Assembly (NCBI GenBank): GCA_963849405.1
Contig: CAWKHG010000006.1
Location: 490,350-554,349, forward strand
Reading direction: 5' to 3'
Source of the DNA: an uncultured Chloroflexia bacterium
Lineage (GTDB): Bacteria; Chloroflexota; Limnocylindria; Limnocylindrales; CSP1-4
Length of the DNA stretch: 64,000 nt
Within the stretch, counting starts at the first letter, position 1. Each line of letters opens with the position of its first letter. The notes beneath the pieces are model-generated. The model did not search any database, was not told the origin of the DNA, and saw only the letters and a list, made by a program, of their open reading frames with translations. Shown here one piece after another: positions 30,717-42,195 of this stretch. The position numbers and the translations under genes were made by a program.

Positions 30717-31137
30717 GTGGACTGGACACTCGAACTCATCGTCGTACCCGTGGCGGACGTGGACCGGGCCAAGGCGTTCTACGCCGACCGGTTGGGCTGG
30801 GACGTGATCGCCGATCACAGCGCCGGCGAGGACTTCCGTGTCGTGCAGCTCGGTGCCGCCCGGATCGGCCTGCGCGATCGCGCTCCTGAAGAAGCAGGAG
30901 ATGAAGCCGGGCTCGCTGCACGGCCTGCACCTGTGCGTCTCGGACATCGAGGCGGCCCGGGCCCAGCTCGTCGAGGATGGCACGGATGCCAGCGACTACT
31001 TCCACTTCGGGGCGCAGGGCCAGCAGGCGGGCCTGTCGCCGGGCCGCGGGAGCTACGAGACCTTCCTGTCGTTCCACGATCCCGACGGCAACACCTGGCT
31101 GGTCCAGGAAGTCAAGCGCGGAGCGGCCCAGGCGTGA
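30717..31137 (+). pseudogene. VOC family protein (frameshift ~30880)
   Basis: MDWTLELIVVPVADVDRAKAFYADRLGWDV then HGLHLCVSDIEAARAQL...FHDPDGNTWLVQE in ORF 30838... Paralog of 39468..39871. Confidence 0.55.
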
Positions 31138-32090
31138 CCGCGACGCTGCCAGGCACGGAGGCCGCCTTCGGTGGCCTGACCGAGCGCCACCGACGGGAGT
31201 TGCACGTCCACTGCTACCGCATGCTGGCCTCGTTCGACGAGGCCGAGGACGCCGTGCAGGAGACGCTCCTCCGGGCCTGGCGGAGCCGGGACACGTTCGA
31301 TGGCAGCTCCCAGTTCCGTGCCTGGCTGTATCGCATCGCGACGAACGTCTGCCTCGACATGCTCCGGCGGAGCGCGCGCCGGCTGACCTCGATGCACACG
31401 CTCGCCGAGGTGCCCTGGCTCCAGCCGTACCCGGACGCGCTCCTCGACGAGGTCGCGCCGAGCGACCAGCAGCCGGACGCCGTCGTCGTGGAGCGCGAGA
31501 CGATCGAGCTCGCGTTCCTCGCGGCCATGCAGCTCCTGCCACCCCGGCAACGGGCTGCCCTGATCGCGAGCGACGTCCTCGGGTGGTCGGCCCGGGAGAC
31601 GGCGTCCGTGCTTGAGACGACCGTGGCCGCGTCCAACAGTGCCCTCCAGCGGGCCCGGGCCACGATGCAGGCGCACCTGCCCGCCCAACGTGCCGAATGG
31701 TCCGCGGGCGAACCGAGCGACGAGGACCGCGCCCTCCTGGCTGGGTTCATCGACGCCCACGAGCGCGGTGACGCCAGGGCGGCCGTCGCGATCGCGGCCC
31801 GGGACATCCGGATCACGATGCCGCCGTATCCCTACGTCTTCGAGGGCATCGGCGTGATCGGGCCGCTCATCGAGAAGGCCATGAGCGTCGAGGACGGGGG
31901 CGACTGGCGACTGGTCCCGACATGGGCCAACCGGATGCCGACCGCCGCGAGCTACCTGCGACGGCCGGGCGACACCGAGTTTCGCGCCCAGAAGTTCGAC
32001 GTCATGCGGATCCGGGACGGGCTGATCGCCGAGATCACGACGTTCGGTCCCGAGCTCTTCCCGGCGTTCGGGCTCGCCCCGACGCTCTGA
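31134..32090 (+). CDS. ECF sigma-70 factor with C-terminal SnoaL-like extension (SigJ-type). GTG overlaps VOC stop.
   Basis: [29 protein letters not shown] (region 2), [34 protein letters not shown] (region 4). Confidence 0.7.
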   Translation: MTATLPGTEAAFGGLTERHRRELHVHCYRMLASFDEAEDAVQETLLRAWRSRDTFDGSSQFRAWLYRIATNVCLDMLRRSARRLTSMHTLAEVPWLQPYPDALLDEVAPSDQQPDAVVVERETIELAFLAAMQLLPPRQRAALIASDVLGWSARETASVLETTVAASNSALQRARATMQAHLPAQRAEWSAGEPSDEDRALLAGFIDAHERGDARAAVAIAARDIRITMPPYPYVFEGIGVIGPLIEKAMSVEDGGDWRLVPTWANRMPTAASYLRRPGDTEFRAQKFDVMRIRDGLIAEITTFGPELFPAFGLAPTL

Positions 32091-32097
32091 GCGCGGG

Positions 32098-32478
32098 TCA
32101 GCTCGTGGTCAGCACCGAGAGGATGTTGCCGGCCGGGTCCTTGAACCAGGCGATCGTCGGACCCCGGGGATCCCGCACGATGCCCTTCGGGTCGGCCTCC
32201 ATCTCCGGATAGCGCTCCATCCTGATCCCCGCCGCGACAAGCTTGTCCACGGCGGCATCGATGTCGGACACGATGAAGTTGAGGACCGTGAAGTTCGCCG
32301 GGGCGTGGTCGGGCTTCGGGTAGATGGTCACGGGCAGGCCCTCGCCGACGTGGAGCTCGATGAGGCCCGGCTGCTCCCCGTCGCGGACGTCGAGGCCCAG
32401 CGTTCCGCCGTAGAACGACCGCGCGGCGTCGATGTCGGGCACGGCGAAGGTGGAGAACACCTGGCTGTCCTTGAACAT
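32098..32478 (-). CDS. VOC family protein
   Basis: [31 protein letters not shown]...[11 protein letters not shown]. Confidence 0.65.
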   Translation of the reverse strand: MFKDSQVFSTFAVPDIDAARSFYGGTLGLDVRDGEQPGLIELHVGEGLPVTIYPKPDHAPANFTVLNFIVSDIDAAVDKLVAAGIRMERYPEMEADPKGIVRDPRGPTIAWFKDPAGNILSVLTTS

Positions 32479-32888
32479 GGATCCCTCCTCGAGCGGGTTG
32501 GGGCGGGCCGCGGTCCGGTGACCCGGCATCCGGCGCGCACGGGCGTCCGGTACATGGTGACGACGTAGCTGTTCCGGTGCATCAACCGTGCGGTTCCGTG
32601 CGTGAACGATCGGTTGCAGTTCCGGTGGCGCGTGCGTCCGGGTGGTGCGGGCAGGTCCCGCCCCGCGCACCGGTACCACTGGGCGGGGCACAGGAACGCC
32701 CTCCGGGTGCACAATCTCCCTGGACGTGCAGCATGTCCGCACGGGGCACACATCGAGCCTCGCCGCCACCGGCAGGTCCGGATCCACGCTCACCGTGACG
32801 ATCCCATGGCCACCCCGTCCACTCCTGCCCGGCGGCTCGTTCATCGGCGCCGCGCGATCCGCGGCGTTCCGACGGGAGGAGGAAGACA

Positions 32889-33737
32889 TTGCGTGTTTCC
32901 AACGGCGCCCATAGGGCGTCACAACTGATCGTCGGCCTGCGGGCGCTCGTCCTGGCAGGCATGCTCGTCGGCCTGATCGGGATCGTCTCGGCCCCGGCCG
33001 CATCGGCCGCCACCACGCAGGTGAAGGTCGTCATCGTCGTGGGGCCCACCGGTTCCGGGACCTCGCACAACATCTCCGACGCGCGATCGCTCGCCGCCCA
33101 GGCGCGGAGCGCCGGCGCGAAGGTGATCGAGATCTACAGCCCGAACGCGACGTTCTACAAGGTCCGGATCGCGGCGACCGGCGCCAACGTCCTGATCTAC
33201 ATGGGTCACGGCAGCGGATGGCCGAGCCCGTATGCGCCGTTCAACGCGGACCGCAAGGACGGCATGGGCCTGAACGCGGCCGCCGGCCACGGCAACCTGA
33301 ACGTCAAGTACTACGGCGAGACGTACCTCAAGAAGTACATCCACCTGCGTCCCAACGCCGTCGTGCTCCTTCGTGGACTGTGCTACTCGGCCGGCAACTC
33401 CGAGCCGGGCAAGGCCGCCCCGAGCGCTACGGTGGGCCGGGCCCGCGTCGACAACTACTCGGCCGGCTTCCTCCGGACGGGCGCGAAGGCGGTCTTCGCC
33501 GAGCCCTACGGGAGCGTCAGCTACGTCCTCGACTGGGTCTTCCACGGCAGCTCCACCGTTCGTGACGTGTTCATGAGCGGCGGCAACAGCTGGGGATCCT
33601 CGGGCTCGATGAGCTCGACCGTGTTCACGTCCAAGCGCAACACCTGGGCCACCGCGATCTCGCAGCGAGACAGCAGCGGCAAGTTCCGGCGCTCGGTCGT
33701 CGGCAACCTCAACCTCAACGCGAGCTCGGTCCGCTAG
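32889..33737 (+). CDS. secreted protein of unknown function (signal peptide; possible His/Cys-dyad hydrolase)
   Basis: Signal peptide [22 protein letters not shown]. Conserved-looking IYMGHGSG and [10 protein letters not shown] motifs. Confidence 0.45.
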   Translation: MRVSNGAHRASQLIVGLRALVLAGMLVGLIGIVSAPAASAATTQVKVVIVVGPTGSGTSHNISDARSLAAQARSAGAKVIEIYSPNATFYKVRIAATGANVLIYMGHGSGWPSPYAPFNADRKDGMGLNAAAGHGNLNVKYYGETYLKKYIHLRPNAVVLLRGLCYSAGNSEPGKAAPSATVGRARVDNYSAGFLRTGAKAVFAEPYGSVSYVLDWVFHGSSTVRDVFMSGGNSWGSSGSMSSTVFTSKRNTWATAISQRDSSGKFRRSVVGNLNLNASSVR

Positions 33738-33774
33738 GGACCACGAGCTCGGCCGCGAGGCCCCGGGAATCCTC

Positions 33775-33806
33775 AACGAGGCGTCGGATCGATCCGGCGC
33801 CTCGTT
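33775..33806 (+). terminator. candidate intrinsic terminator after 32889..33737
   Basis: AACGAGGCG-tcggatcgatccg-CGCCTCGTT perfect 9-bp stem, followed by CGTTCGGG. Confidence 0.4.
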
Positions 33807-33846
33807 CGTTCGGGCCGGCCCGGCCCATGCCCGGTAGGATGTTGCC

Positions 33847-34844
33847 ATGAGCGACGTCCTCACCCAGCCCGTTGCCCCACCCGTCGCGCCCGACATCGCC
33901 ATGCAGTTCGAGCGCTACCGGGTCGAGCTCACCGGATACTGCTACCGGATGCTTGGCTCCGCGTTCGAGGCGGAGGACGCCGTCCAGGAGACGTTCGTCC
34001 GGGCCTGGAACGGCTTCGCCAAGTTCGAGGGCCGCGCTGCGGTCCGTTCGTGGCTCTACCGGATCGCGACGAACGTGTGCCTGAACATGCTCGGCGCGCC
34101 ACAGCGCCGGGCACGGCCGATGGACCTGGGGCCGGCCAGGTCGGCCGACTCGCAGCTGGGAACCCCGCTCCCCGAGAACCGCTGGGTCGAGCCGGCCCCG
34201 GACGACCGCCTCGTGCCCACGGGTGGCGACCCTGCCGACGTTGCCATCGCGCGCGAGTCGATCCGCCTCGCGTTCGTCGCCGCACTCCAGCATCTGCCGC
34301 CGCGCCAGCGGGCGGTCCTCATCCTGCGTGAGGTCCTCAACTGGAAGGCCGACGAGGTTGCCGAGCTGCTCGACACGACCGTGGCGTCGGTGAACAGCGC
34401 GCTCCAGCGGGCGCGGGCGACGCCTGCCGAACGGGACATGAGCGACGCAGATCGCCGGACGCGATGGACGCCGACCAGCAGGCCCTGCTCGAGCGCTACG
34501 TCGCCGCCTTCGAGCAGTACGACATGGACGCCCTCACCGCCCTGCTCCACGAGGACGCGACCTGGAACATGCCGCCATACGAGCTCTGGCTGCAGACCCA
34601 CGAGGACATCGTGAAGTGGTGCCTCGGCCCGGGCATCGGCTGCCGCGGTTCGCGCCTCATCCCCATCACGGCCAACGGCTCGCCCGCCTTCGGCCAGTAC
34701 AAGCCGTCGCCGGACGGCGGCCTGGAGCCGTGGTCGATCCAGGTCATGGAGATGGCCGAGGACCGGATCGCCGGCATCACGTTCTTCCTGGACACCGCCA
34801 GGTTCTTCCCGCTCTTCGGGCTACCGGCGCGCCTCGACGCCTGA
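33847..34844 (+). pseudogene. ECF sigma-70 factor with SnoaL-like C-terminal extension (frameshift ~34450)
   Basis: [61 protein letters not shown]-terminal domain in ORF 34464..34844. Confidence 0.6.
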
Positions 34845-35066
34845 GTCCCCGGGACACGGCAGCACCTCGCTGAGGCCGGCCAGGCCGATCAGCTCGCGGA
34901 CGGCCGCCGGCGCGTGGCAGCAGCTCGAGCCGGCAGTCCAGCCGCGCCGCGAGCGAGCCAGACGCGCGAGGGCGTCCACGGTCTGCAGGTCGGGCTTCGT
35001 GAGGGTGCCCAGGTCGCAGACGATGCGGTCTGCGTTCGCCGGTCGCAACGCCGCCGGCTCGGCCAT
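34821..35066 (-). CDS. STAS-domain protein (anti-sigma-factor antagonist-like)
   Basis: MAEPAALRPANADRIVCDLGTLTKPDLQTVDALARLAR. Confidence 0.45.
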   Translation of the reverse strand: MAEPAALRPANADRIVCDLGTLTKPDLQTVDALARLARSRRGWTAGSSCCHAPAAVRELIGLAGLSEVLPCPGDSGVEARR

Positions 35067-35315
35067 GAGCGGCCCTCCTGTCGGCTGCCCCGGGTGTCGG
35101 AGGCGCCGGTGGAGCATCTTCGAGCGTTCCACCGGCGCCATGTGTTAGACATGGGCCGACCCGAAAACTCATCGGTCGCCCGGATGGCAGCGCGAAAGGC
35201 TCCGCACACGAGCACGCGCCGCGCTCGACCGATAAATCCCGCGCCGCCGCCCGGTCTGATAGTCGAACGCTGAAAGAGCCTGACCCCGTCCGGTCGGCAT
35301 CGAAGGAGGACCTCA

Positions 35316-36714
35316 TGCAGACCACATCCGCCTCGACCCTCTCGATCCCGGAGCTGCGCGCCACCATCCATGGCCGGGTCATCGCCCCCGACGACGGTGG
35401 ACTACGACGAGGCCCGCGATGGTCATGTTGGGCGGCGTCGACCCACGCCCGCCGTGATCGTCCGCGTCGCGGATGAAGCCGACGTCGTGGCCGTGATCGC
35501 GCTGGCCCGCGAGACCGGGCTGGACCTGGCCGTCCGAAGCGGCGGCCACAGCGGCGCGGGCCACAGCACCGCGGACGGCGGGATCGTCCTCGACGTGCGC
35601 GACCTGACCTCGCCTGGACATCGATGTCGACGGGCAGGACCGCGTGGGCCGGGACCGGGCCTGACCGCCGCCGGACTCAACGACGGCGCTCGACGCCGCA
35701 CGGGCTGGCCGTCGGGTTCGGCGATACCGGGTCGGTCGGGGATCGGCGGGATCACGCTCGGGGGCGGCATCGGCTACCTGGTCCGCCTGTACGGCATGAC
35801 GATCGATTCCCTGCTCGCGGCGGAGATCGTCACGGCGGACGGCGAGGTGCTGCGCGTCGACGCGGAAAACCACCCGGATCTGTTCTGGGCGATCCGCGGC
35901 GGCGGCGGCAACTTCGGGGTCGCGACGCGGTTCCAGTTCCGCCTCTCGAGGTGCCCGTGATTCGTCGGCGGCATGCTCATCCTGCCGGCGAACGCCGGAG
36001 ACCATCGCGGCGTTCATCGCGCGCCGCCGAGGCGGCGCCCGAGGACGCTCTCGACGATCGCCAACGTCATGCCGGCACCGCCGATGCCGTTCCTGCCCGA
36101 GGAGGTGCACGGGCAGCCGGTCATCCTGGGCATGCTCGCGTTCGTCGGCGACGAGGCCGCCGCTCGGGCCGCCCTGGCGCCGTTCCGGGCGCTCGCCACC
36201 CCGCTCGCCGACATGGTGCGGCCGATCGACCTACCCGGAGATGTTCCCGCCCGGAGGACGACTCGTACCACCCGACCGCGGTGGCGCGAACGATGTTCAT
36301 CGACCGGGTGGACCGCGATGTCGCGACCACCATCGATCGAGTACCTCCGGGCGTCCGACGCCACGATGCGGGCCGCCCAGCTGCGGGTGCTCGGCGGGGC
36401 GATGGCCCGCGTCGCCGTCGACGCGACGGCGTTCGCCCATCGAACCGATCCGGATCATGGTCAACGTCGCGGCGTTCTACAACGGCCCCGAGGATCGAGG
36501 TCGTCCGCCGGGCGTGGGTCGAGGAGTTCGCGGAGGCCCTGCGACCAGGGCGACGATGCCGCGTACGTCAACTTCCTCGGCGACGAGGGCCCGGCGCGGG
36601 TCCATGACGCGTACCCGGGCAGCGACCTGGCACCGGCTGGCGGCCGTCAAGGCGCGCTACGACCCCGAGAACCTGTTCCACCGGAACCAGAACATCCCGC
36701 CTGCGACGACCTAG
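35316..36714 (+). pseudogene. FAD-binding oxidoreductase, BBE-like, several frame shifts
   Basis: VRSGGHSGAGHSTADGGIVLDVRDL, GGITLGGGIGYLVRLYG, LFWAIRGGGGNFGVATRF, C-term RYDPENLFHRNQNIPPATT, spread over ORFs 35370.., 35624.., 35973.., 36241.. Confidence 0.55.
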
Positions 36715-36723
36715 CGCCGGGCG

Positions 36724-38335
36724 CTATCGGGGTGGATCGGCGGCGTCTTGTCGGCGCCGCGACATGGCCTCGTCCACGGCGGCGATGAAATCCCTGGACG
36801 GCACCGGCTTCGAGACGAACACGGCGCCGCCGGCGACGAGTGCCTGGAGGTCGAGCGCCTCGGCCAGGTACCCGGAGACCAGCACGAGCCCAACCTCCGG
36901 GTTGCGCTCCCGCACGTCCTCGGCGAGCCTGATGCCGGAGATGCCCGGCATGACCACGTCGGTGACGAGCACGTCGATATCGCCCCGGCCCTCTGAGATG
37001 TACGCCTGCGCGGCAGCACCATCGGCCATCGCCACGACCCTGTAGCCGGCACGCTCCAGGAGCTTGGTGCCCATCTGCCGGACGGTGTCCTCGTCCTCGA
37101 CGAGCATGACCCGGCCTTCGCGGCGCGTCGGTCGTCCGCCGCCGGGGCAGCGCCTCCGTGACGTCCGCGGCATGCGTCGGGAAGTACAGCTTGAACGTCG
37201 AGCCCTGACCTGGTTCCGAGTAGACCCAGATGTGGCCGCCGGCCTGGCGCACGATGCCGTAGATCGTGGCGAGCCCGAGCCCGGTCCCCTTCCCCACATC
37301 CTTGGTCGTGAAGAACGGCTCGAAGATGTGCTCCCGGGTCTCGCGATCCATCCCGACGCCCGTATCGCTCACGATGAGCTGGGCATACGTGCCCGACGCG
37401 ACCTGGAAGTGTCCCGCCGGGGCTTCGTCGTCGAACGTCACGCTCTGCGTGGCGATGGTGACCGAGCCGCCTTCGGTGATCGCATCTCGCGCGTTGACGA
37501 CCAGGTTGACGAGGATCTGGTCGAGCTGGCCGGGGTCGACCAGGACCGCGCCGATCTCGGCACCCAGCGCCATCGTCAGCCTGATGTCCGCCCCGATCAG
37601 CCGACGGAGCATCGGCTCGATCGCCTCGACCGATCGATTCAGGTCGGTCGACCGGGGGCTCACCAGCTGCCGGCGGCCGAAGGCGAGCAACTGAGCCGTC
37701 AGGACGGACGCGCGGTCGGCGGCCACATTGATCGTCGCGACGCTGGCGAGCGCCGCTTCGTGATCGAAGAACGGCCGGTTCTCGGGCGCGAGATCCTCGG
37801 CCAGCATGTCCGCGAATCCGCGGATCGCGAACAGCATGTTGTTGAAGTCGTGGGCGATCCCGCCCGCGAGCCGACCGATCGACTCCAGCTTCTGCGCCTG
37901 GAGCAGCTCCGCTTCGATGGTCTTGCGTGCGCTGATGTCGCGCGCGACCGACGATGCCCCCAGGATCCGGCCCTCGACGTCGCGGATCGGCGAGATCGTG
38001 AGCGACACGTCGACGAGCGACCCATCCCGGCGCGCACGGACCGTCTCGAAGTGGAGGATGCGCTCACCTGCGGCGATCCGGGCAAGGAGGGCCGGGATCT
38101 CATCCGGCTGATCGGGCGGCGCGAGGATGCCGACGTTCCTGCCGATGATGTCGCCCGCCGTGTATCCGTAAAGCCGTTCCGCCCCGGCGTTCCAGCTCGC
38201 GATCGTCCCATCGAGGCTCTTGGTGAAGATCGCATCGTCGGCCGACTGGACGATCGCTTCATACAGCGATGCCGTTGCCGGGAGCGCGAGGACGGGGTCC
38301 GGGGACGGTTGGGAGCGCGCCTTCGCCTTGGTCAC
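36724..38335 (-). pseudogene. hybrid sensor histidine kinase/response regulator with PAS domains (frameshift ~37130)
   Basis: PAS blocks, H-box GGIAHDFNNML, G-boxes DTGVGM / GKGTGLGLATIYGIV, then receiver domain VMLVEDEDTVR...DVVMPGISG in ORF 36724..37299. Confidence 0.6.
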
Positions 38336-38530
38336 CCGCTCGTCGTCCGGGCGTCGGGACGAGCCGCCGCGCCGTCTGGGGGCGCTTCACGGCTCGAGGT
38401 GCGGGTCTGGATCGGCCGGTGACGCTGGGGATCCTATGTCGACGCCAGTTCGTGAGGTCTCTTGACCGATCACGGTACTCCGGTCGCGATCTCTGTCAAG
38501 GAAGCGCCCCGCGGCGATCCTCGCTTCGGA

Positions 38531-38908
38531 TCAGCTCCGGCGGCGGCGGTTCAGGTCCTCGATCAGGCGCTTCGGCGCCCGCGAGCGCCAGCCGTCGGTG
38601 ATCAGCCGCTCGAGGAGGTCGGGCCGGACCAGCGGCAGCCGGACCATGATCGCCGGGTAGCCGTCGTAGTGACGCTCCGTGAAGAACACGTTCGGGTCCA
38701 TCCCGATGAGCGCGTCCTTGTCCGACTCGTCCGCGACGCGCACGGTGATGACCTCGGCGTTGGGAACCCGGGCCTTCTTGGGGTCGACCCGCTCGAGCCA
38801 CGACCACAGGAAGGCCTTGCCCTCGACGAAGAACCGGAAGCTGAGCGGGTCCTCGGTCGTCTCGGGCAGCGCCAGCGCGATCCGGCGGACATCATCCTGG
38901 GTCGCCAT
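38531..38908 (-). CDS. MmcQ/YjbR family DNA-binding protein
   Basis: MATQDDVRRIALALPETTEDPLSFRFFVEGKAFLW. Confidence 0.6.
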   Translation of the reverse strand: MATQDDVRRIALALPETTEDPLSFRFFVEGKAFLWSWLERVDPKKARVPNAEVITVRVADESDKDALIGMDPNVFFTERHYDGYPAIMVRLPLVRPDLLERLITDGWRSRAPKRLIEDLNRRRRS

Positions 38909-38937
38909 GGATACGATCGTACCCGGTCGGTCGACCC

Positions 38938-39444
38938 CGATCAGCGCGCCCGGCGCGCCGCGATCGCCTCGAGCGCCCGCTCCAGCACGGCGTTGGCCTG
39001 CCGGAGTTGACGCTCACCCACCGCGGCACCCAGCTCGTTCGCCCACGGCCGCTGGCTCGCCTGGATCCGGGAGAGGGTCGCCCTCCCCTGCTCGCGTCAG
39101 CGTCACGAGCCGCGCCCGCCGGTGGCGCGGGTTGTCCTCGTACGTGACGAGCCGTCCCGTTCGAGCACGTCGGCCACGCGCTGGACGCTCTGGCGGGCCA
39201 GCCCGAGCTGCGGGCGATCTGGGCGACCGTGAGCGGCGCGTCCTCGGCGCTCGCCAGGACCTGCCATCGGGCGGTCGTCTGGCCCGCCGGGCGCGGCAAG
39301 CTCCTCTCCTTCCGCCGCGATCAGCCCGTTGAGCCGGAACAGGCGCACGACGAGGCCGCTGAACGCGTCGCCGGCGGGCGTGCGGACGCCGTTGTCGGGT
39401 AGCCGACTCTTGACAGTATCCTGTCGTCTTGGTACCTTACTCAT
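38938..39444 (-). pseudogene. MarR family transcriptional regulator (two frame shifts), divergent from VOC gene
   Basis: LVVRLFRLNGLIAAEGEELAAPGG / QTTARWQVLASAEDAPLTVAQIARSSG / LARQSVQRVADVLERDG split between ORFs 39103.. and 38892.. Confidence 0.5.
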
Positions 39445-39467
39445 GACAGCATTCTGTCATATCGGCC

Positions 39468-39871
39468 CAGGAATGCAAGCGTCCCGAAGGAGGCCCATCG
39501 TGGATTGGAAGCTCGAGCTGGTGGCGGTCCCGGTCTCCGATGTCGACCGCGCCAAGGCGTTCTATGCGGACCAGGTCGGCTTCAACGTCGACCACGACCA
39601 CAAGGTCAGCGATGAGCTTCGCTTCGTCCAGCTCACCCCTCCGGGATCGGCCTGCTCCATCGCCATCGGCAAGGGGCTCTCCGACGCGAAGCCGGGTTCC
39701 GTGGGCGGCCTCCAGATCGTCGTGTCGGACGTGGCCGCCGCCCGGGCCGAGCTCGATGGCCGGGGCGTCGCGGTGACCGAGGTCCAGGAGTTCCCGTGGG
39801 GCAAGTTCGTCTTCTTCAAGGATCCCGACGGCAACGGCTGGGCCCTCCAGGAGCTCATGCCCCGCCCCTGA
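39468..39871 (+). CDS. VOC family protein
   Basis: VDWKLELVAVPVSDVDRAKAFYADQVGFNV...FFKDPDGNGWALQE. Confidence 0.65.
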
Positions 39872-39883
39872 GCCCCGGTCGAT

Positions 39884-40376
39884 CTACTCGGGCGTCCAGT
39901 AGGTGTCGTGGCGCAGGTAGAACGCGACCTTCTCCTCGTCGCTCAGAACGAGACCCTCGCTCACCCGGGCGAGGGTCTCGAAGTAATCCTCGCGGGGCGC
40001 GCCGGGCGCGAACAGGATGAGCATGGACGCCGGGCCCGCCTCGTTGCGGAAGGCGTGGATGCCACCCTCCGGGACGAACAGGAAGTCGCCGGCCGTGGTC
40101 TCGATCCAGCGCCGGCCGTCGAAGAGCCGGATCGTCCCGGACAGGACGTAGAACGACTCCGAGATCGTCCGGTGGAAGTGCGGCCCGGGGCCGCTCGGAG
40201 CGTCGGCCATCTCCCATCGATACAGCCCGAACTGGCCGTTCGTCGACGCGCCGGTCGCGAGGTAGCGCGCCGTGCCGCCCGAGGCGTAGCGCACCTCGGG
40301 TGCTCGATCGGCCGGCCGATAGACCGCGTTCTTGAGGCCCGGCTCGCCCAGGTACACGGGATCCGGGTACGACATC
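39884..40376 (-). CDS. cupin domain protein
   Basis: GPGPHFHRTISESFYVLSGTIRLFDGRRW...GDFLFVPEGGIHAFRN. Confidence 0.65.
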
Positions 40377-40475
40377 AGCCTCCACCCTCCGCGACGTTCC
40401 TTTGACGTGCGAGGGTAGCGCGGATGGCCGACGCCGGACGGCGGCGCTGCCGTGATAGTCCGAGAGAGGCGCCCC

Positions 40476-41360
40476 TCAGAGCTGGGCGTTGAAGGTGTCG
40501 CAGCCCTTCTCGGTGCCGCCCTGGAAGCCGTTCGTGAACCAGGTCCGCCGCTGCGCCGCGGAGCCGTGGGTCCACGTCTCGGGGTCACCCGGCCCTGGGT
40601 CTCGCTGCTGGATCCGGTCGTCGCCGACCGCCGACGCCGCGTCGAGCGCGTCGGCGATCTCGGCCTCGGTGAGGCTGGCTCGAGGAAGCCCGTGGCTGCG
40701 GCGTGCTTGGCCCACATGCCGGCGAAGCAGTCGGCCTGGAGCTCGGTGCGCACCGACGTCCCCGTGGCGCCCTGCGAGCCGGGCGCCGCCCTGAGCGTGC
40801 CGAGCGAGGTCCTGGACGTGGTGGCCGTACTCGTGGGCGAGCACATACGCCTCCGCGAACGGCCCGCCGGTGCGCGCCGAACTTGTCGCGCAGGTCGTCG
40901 AAGAAGCCGAGGTCGATGTAGACGTGCTCGTCGTTCGGGCAGTAGAACGGGCCGACGTCGGCGGTCGCCAGGCCGCAACCCGTGTCCGGGAGCCGGTGAA
41001 GAAGCGTGTGGTGGCGGGCTGGTACTGCCGCCCGCTGTCCTGGAAGGACTTCTGCCAGAACGCCTGGACGCTGTTCACGTAACCCAGGATCCGGCAATCC
41101 TCCTTGGCATTGGCGTCGACGCCCGTCTTGCAATCGTCCAGCGTGGACGCCGCCGGCCCACCCCCGCCCCCGCCCGCAGCCGGGCCCCCGGCCCCACCGA
41201 GATCGCCCGGGTTGCCGCCGAGGAGCACGTAGATGATCACGAGCACGAGGCCGATGCCGCCGCCGCCGACGGCGATGCCCGTGCCACGGCCGCCGCCGCT
41301 CGACCCGCGCATGTCCTCGACCTGGGACGGGTCGAGTTTGGCCCCTGGTTGGAATGTCAC
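40476..41360 (-). pseudogene. YpfJ-family putative neutral zinc metallopeptidase (frame shifts)
   Basis: N-terminal VEDMRGSSGGG + TM helix, CRILGYVNSVQAFW, GPFYCPNDEHVYIDLGFFDDLRDKFGA (ORF 40585..), HEYGHHVQDL zinc motif. Confidence 0.55.
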
Positions 41361-41443
41361 GTCCGCATGATGGCCGCGCGCTGGGTCAGCGCCCGATTGC
41401 GGGCGCGGGCGCTGGCCTCTCAGACGCGTAACGTTCCCGGGGC

Positions 41444-42142
41444 TCAGACGAGCAGGAAGATCCCCAGCGCGATCAGCCAGAGCGACCACGCGATGTAGGC
41501 GATGGGCACGATCGTGCCGGCCAGCGGCCAGCCGTCGCGCTCGTTCGGCCCCACGAACTCGAGCGTGCCGATGAGCAGCGCGACGCCGATCGGCAGCCCG
41601 ACGATCCCCAGCCAGGCCGGGAGGATGGCGGTCGCGAGGACGGACCACGCCACGAGGAGCGTCCACAGGCCGGTGAACAGGTAGCCGAGGTGCTCGCCGA
41701 TGCCGACGCCGAACAGCCGGTGGAGCACCGCGAAGACGACTTCCACGCTGTGACGCGTCGCGTCGCCGCCCGGCCCGTCCTCCGCCGCCACGTAGCGGCG
41801 GGCCAGCTCCGGGACGGCGAACGGCCAGCGCACGAGCCCCACGGCCTGGACGAGGGCCGCAGCGGCCCCGGTGACGAGCGCGAGGGCCGTCAGGGCGAGG
41901 GGCGCCCCCAGGACGACGGCAAGCAGCGTGGAGAGCGGCATCATCGCCAGAGCACTGATCAGCAGCGCCTGCCAGCGCAGGATGAGCCCGGAACCTCCGG
42001 CGGCGAAGCGGCGCAGGATCTCGTCGGGTTCCTTGCGCAGGATGTTCGGGTAGTCGAAGGCCCGGCCGAGCTCGAAGAAGGCGAGGTTGAACGCGATCGG
42101 CACGACGATGAGCAGCACTGCGCAGACCGTTTCGACCGTCAC
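41444..42142 (-). CDS. DUF4386 domain membrane protein
   Basis: Multi-TM protein. Sequence typical of DUF4386. Confidence 0.55.
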   Translation of the reverse strand: MTVETVCAVLLIVVPIAFNLAFFELGRAFDYPNILRKEPDEILRRFAAGGSGLILRWQALLISALAMMPLSTLLAVVLGAPLALTALALVTGAAAALVQAVGLVRWPFAVPELARRYVAAEDGPGGDATRHSVEVVFAVLHRLFGVGIGEHLGYLFTGLWTLLVAWSVLATAILPAWLGIVGLPIGVALLIGTLEFVGPNERDGWPLAGTIVPIAYIAWSLWLIALGIFLLV

Positions 42143-42195
42143 GCGGGATGCCCCGATGCTCTGTCCATGCCCATCAGTCTAGGCGCGCCGGCCGG

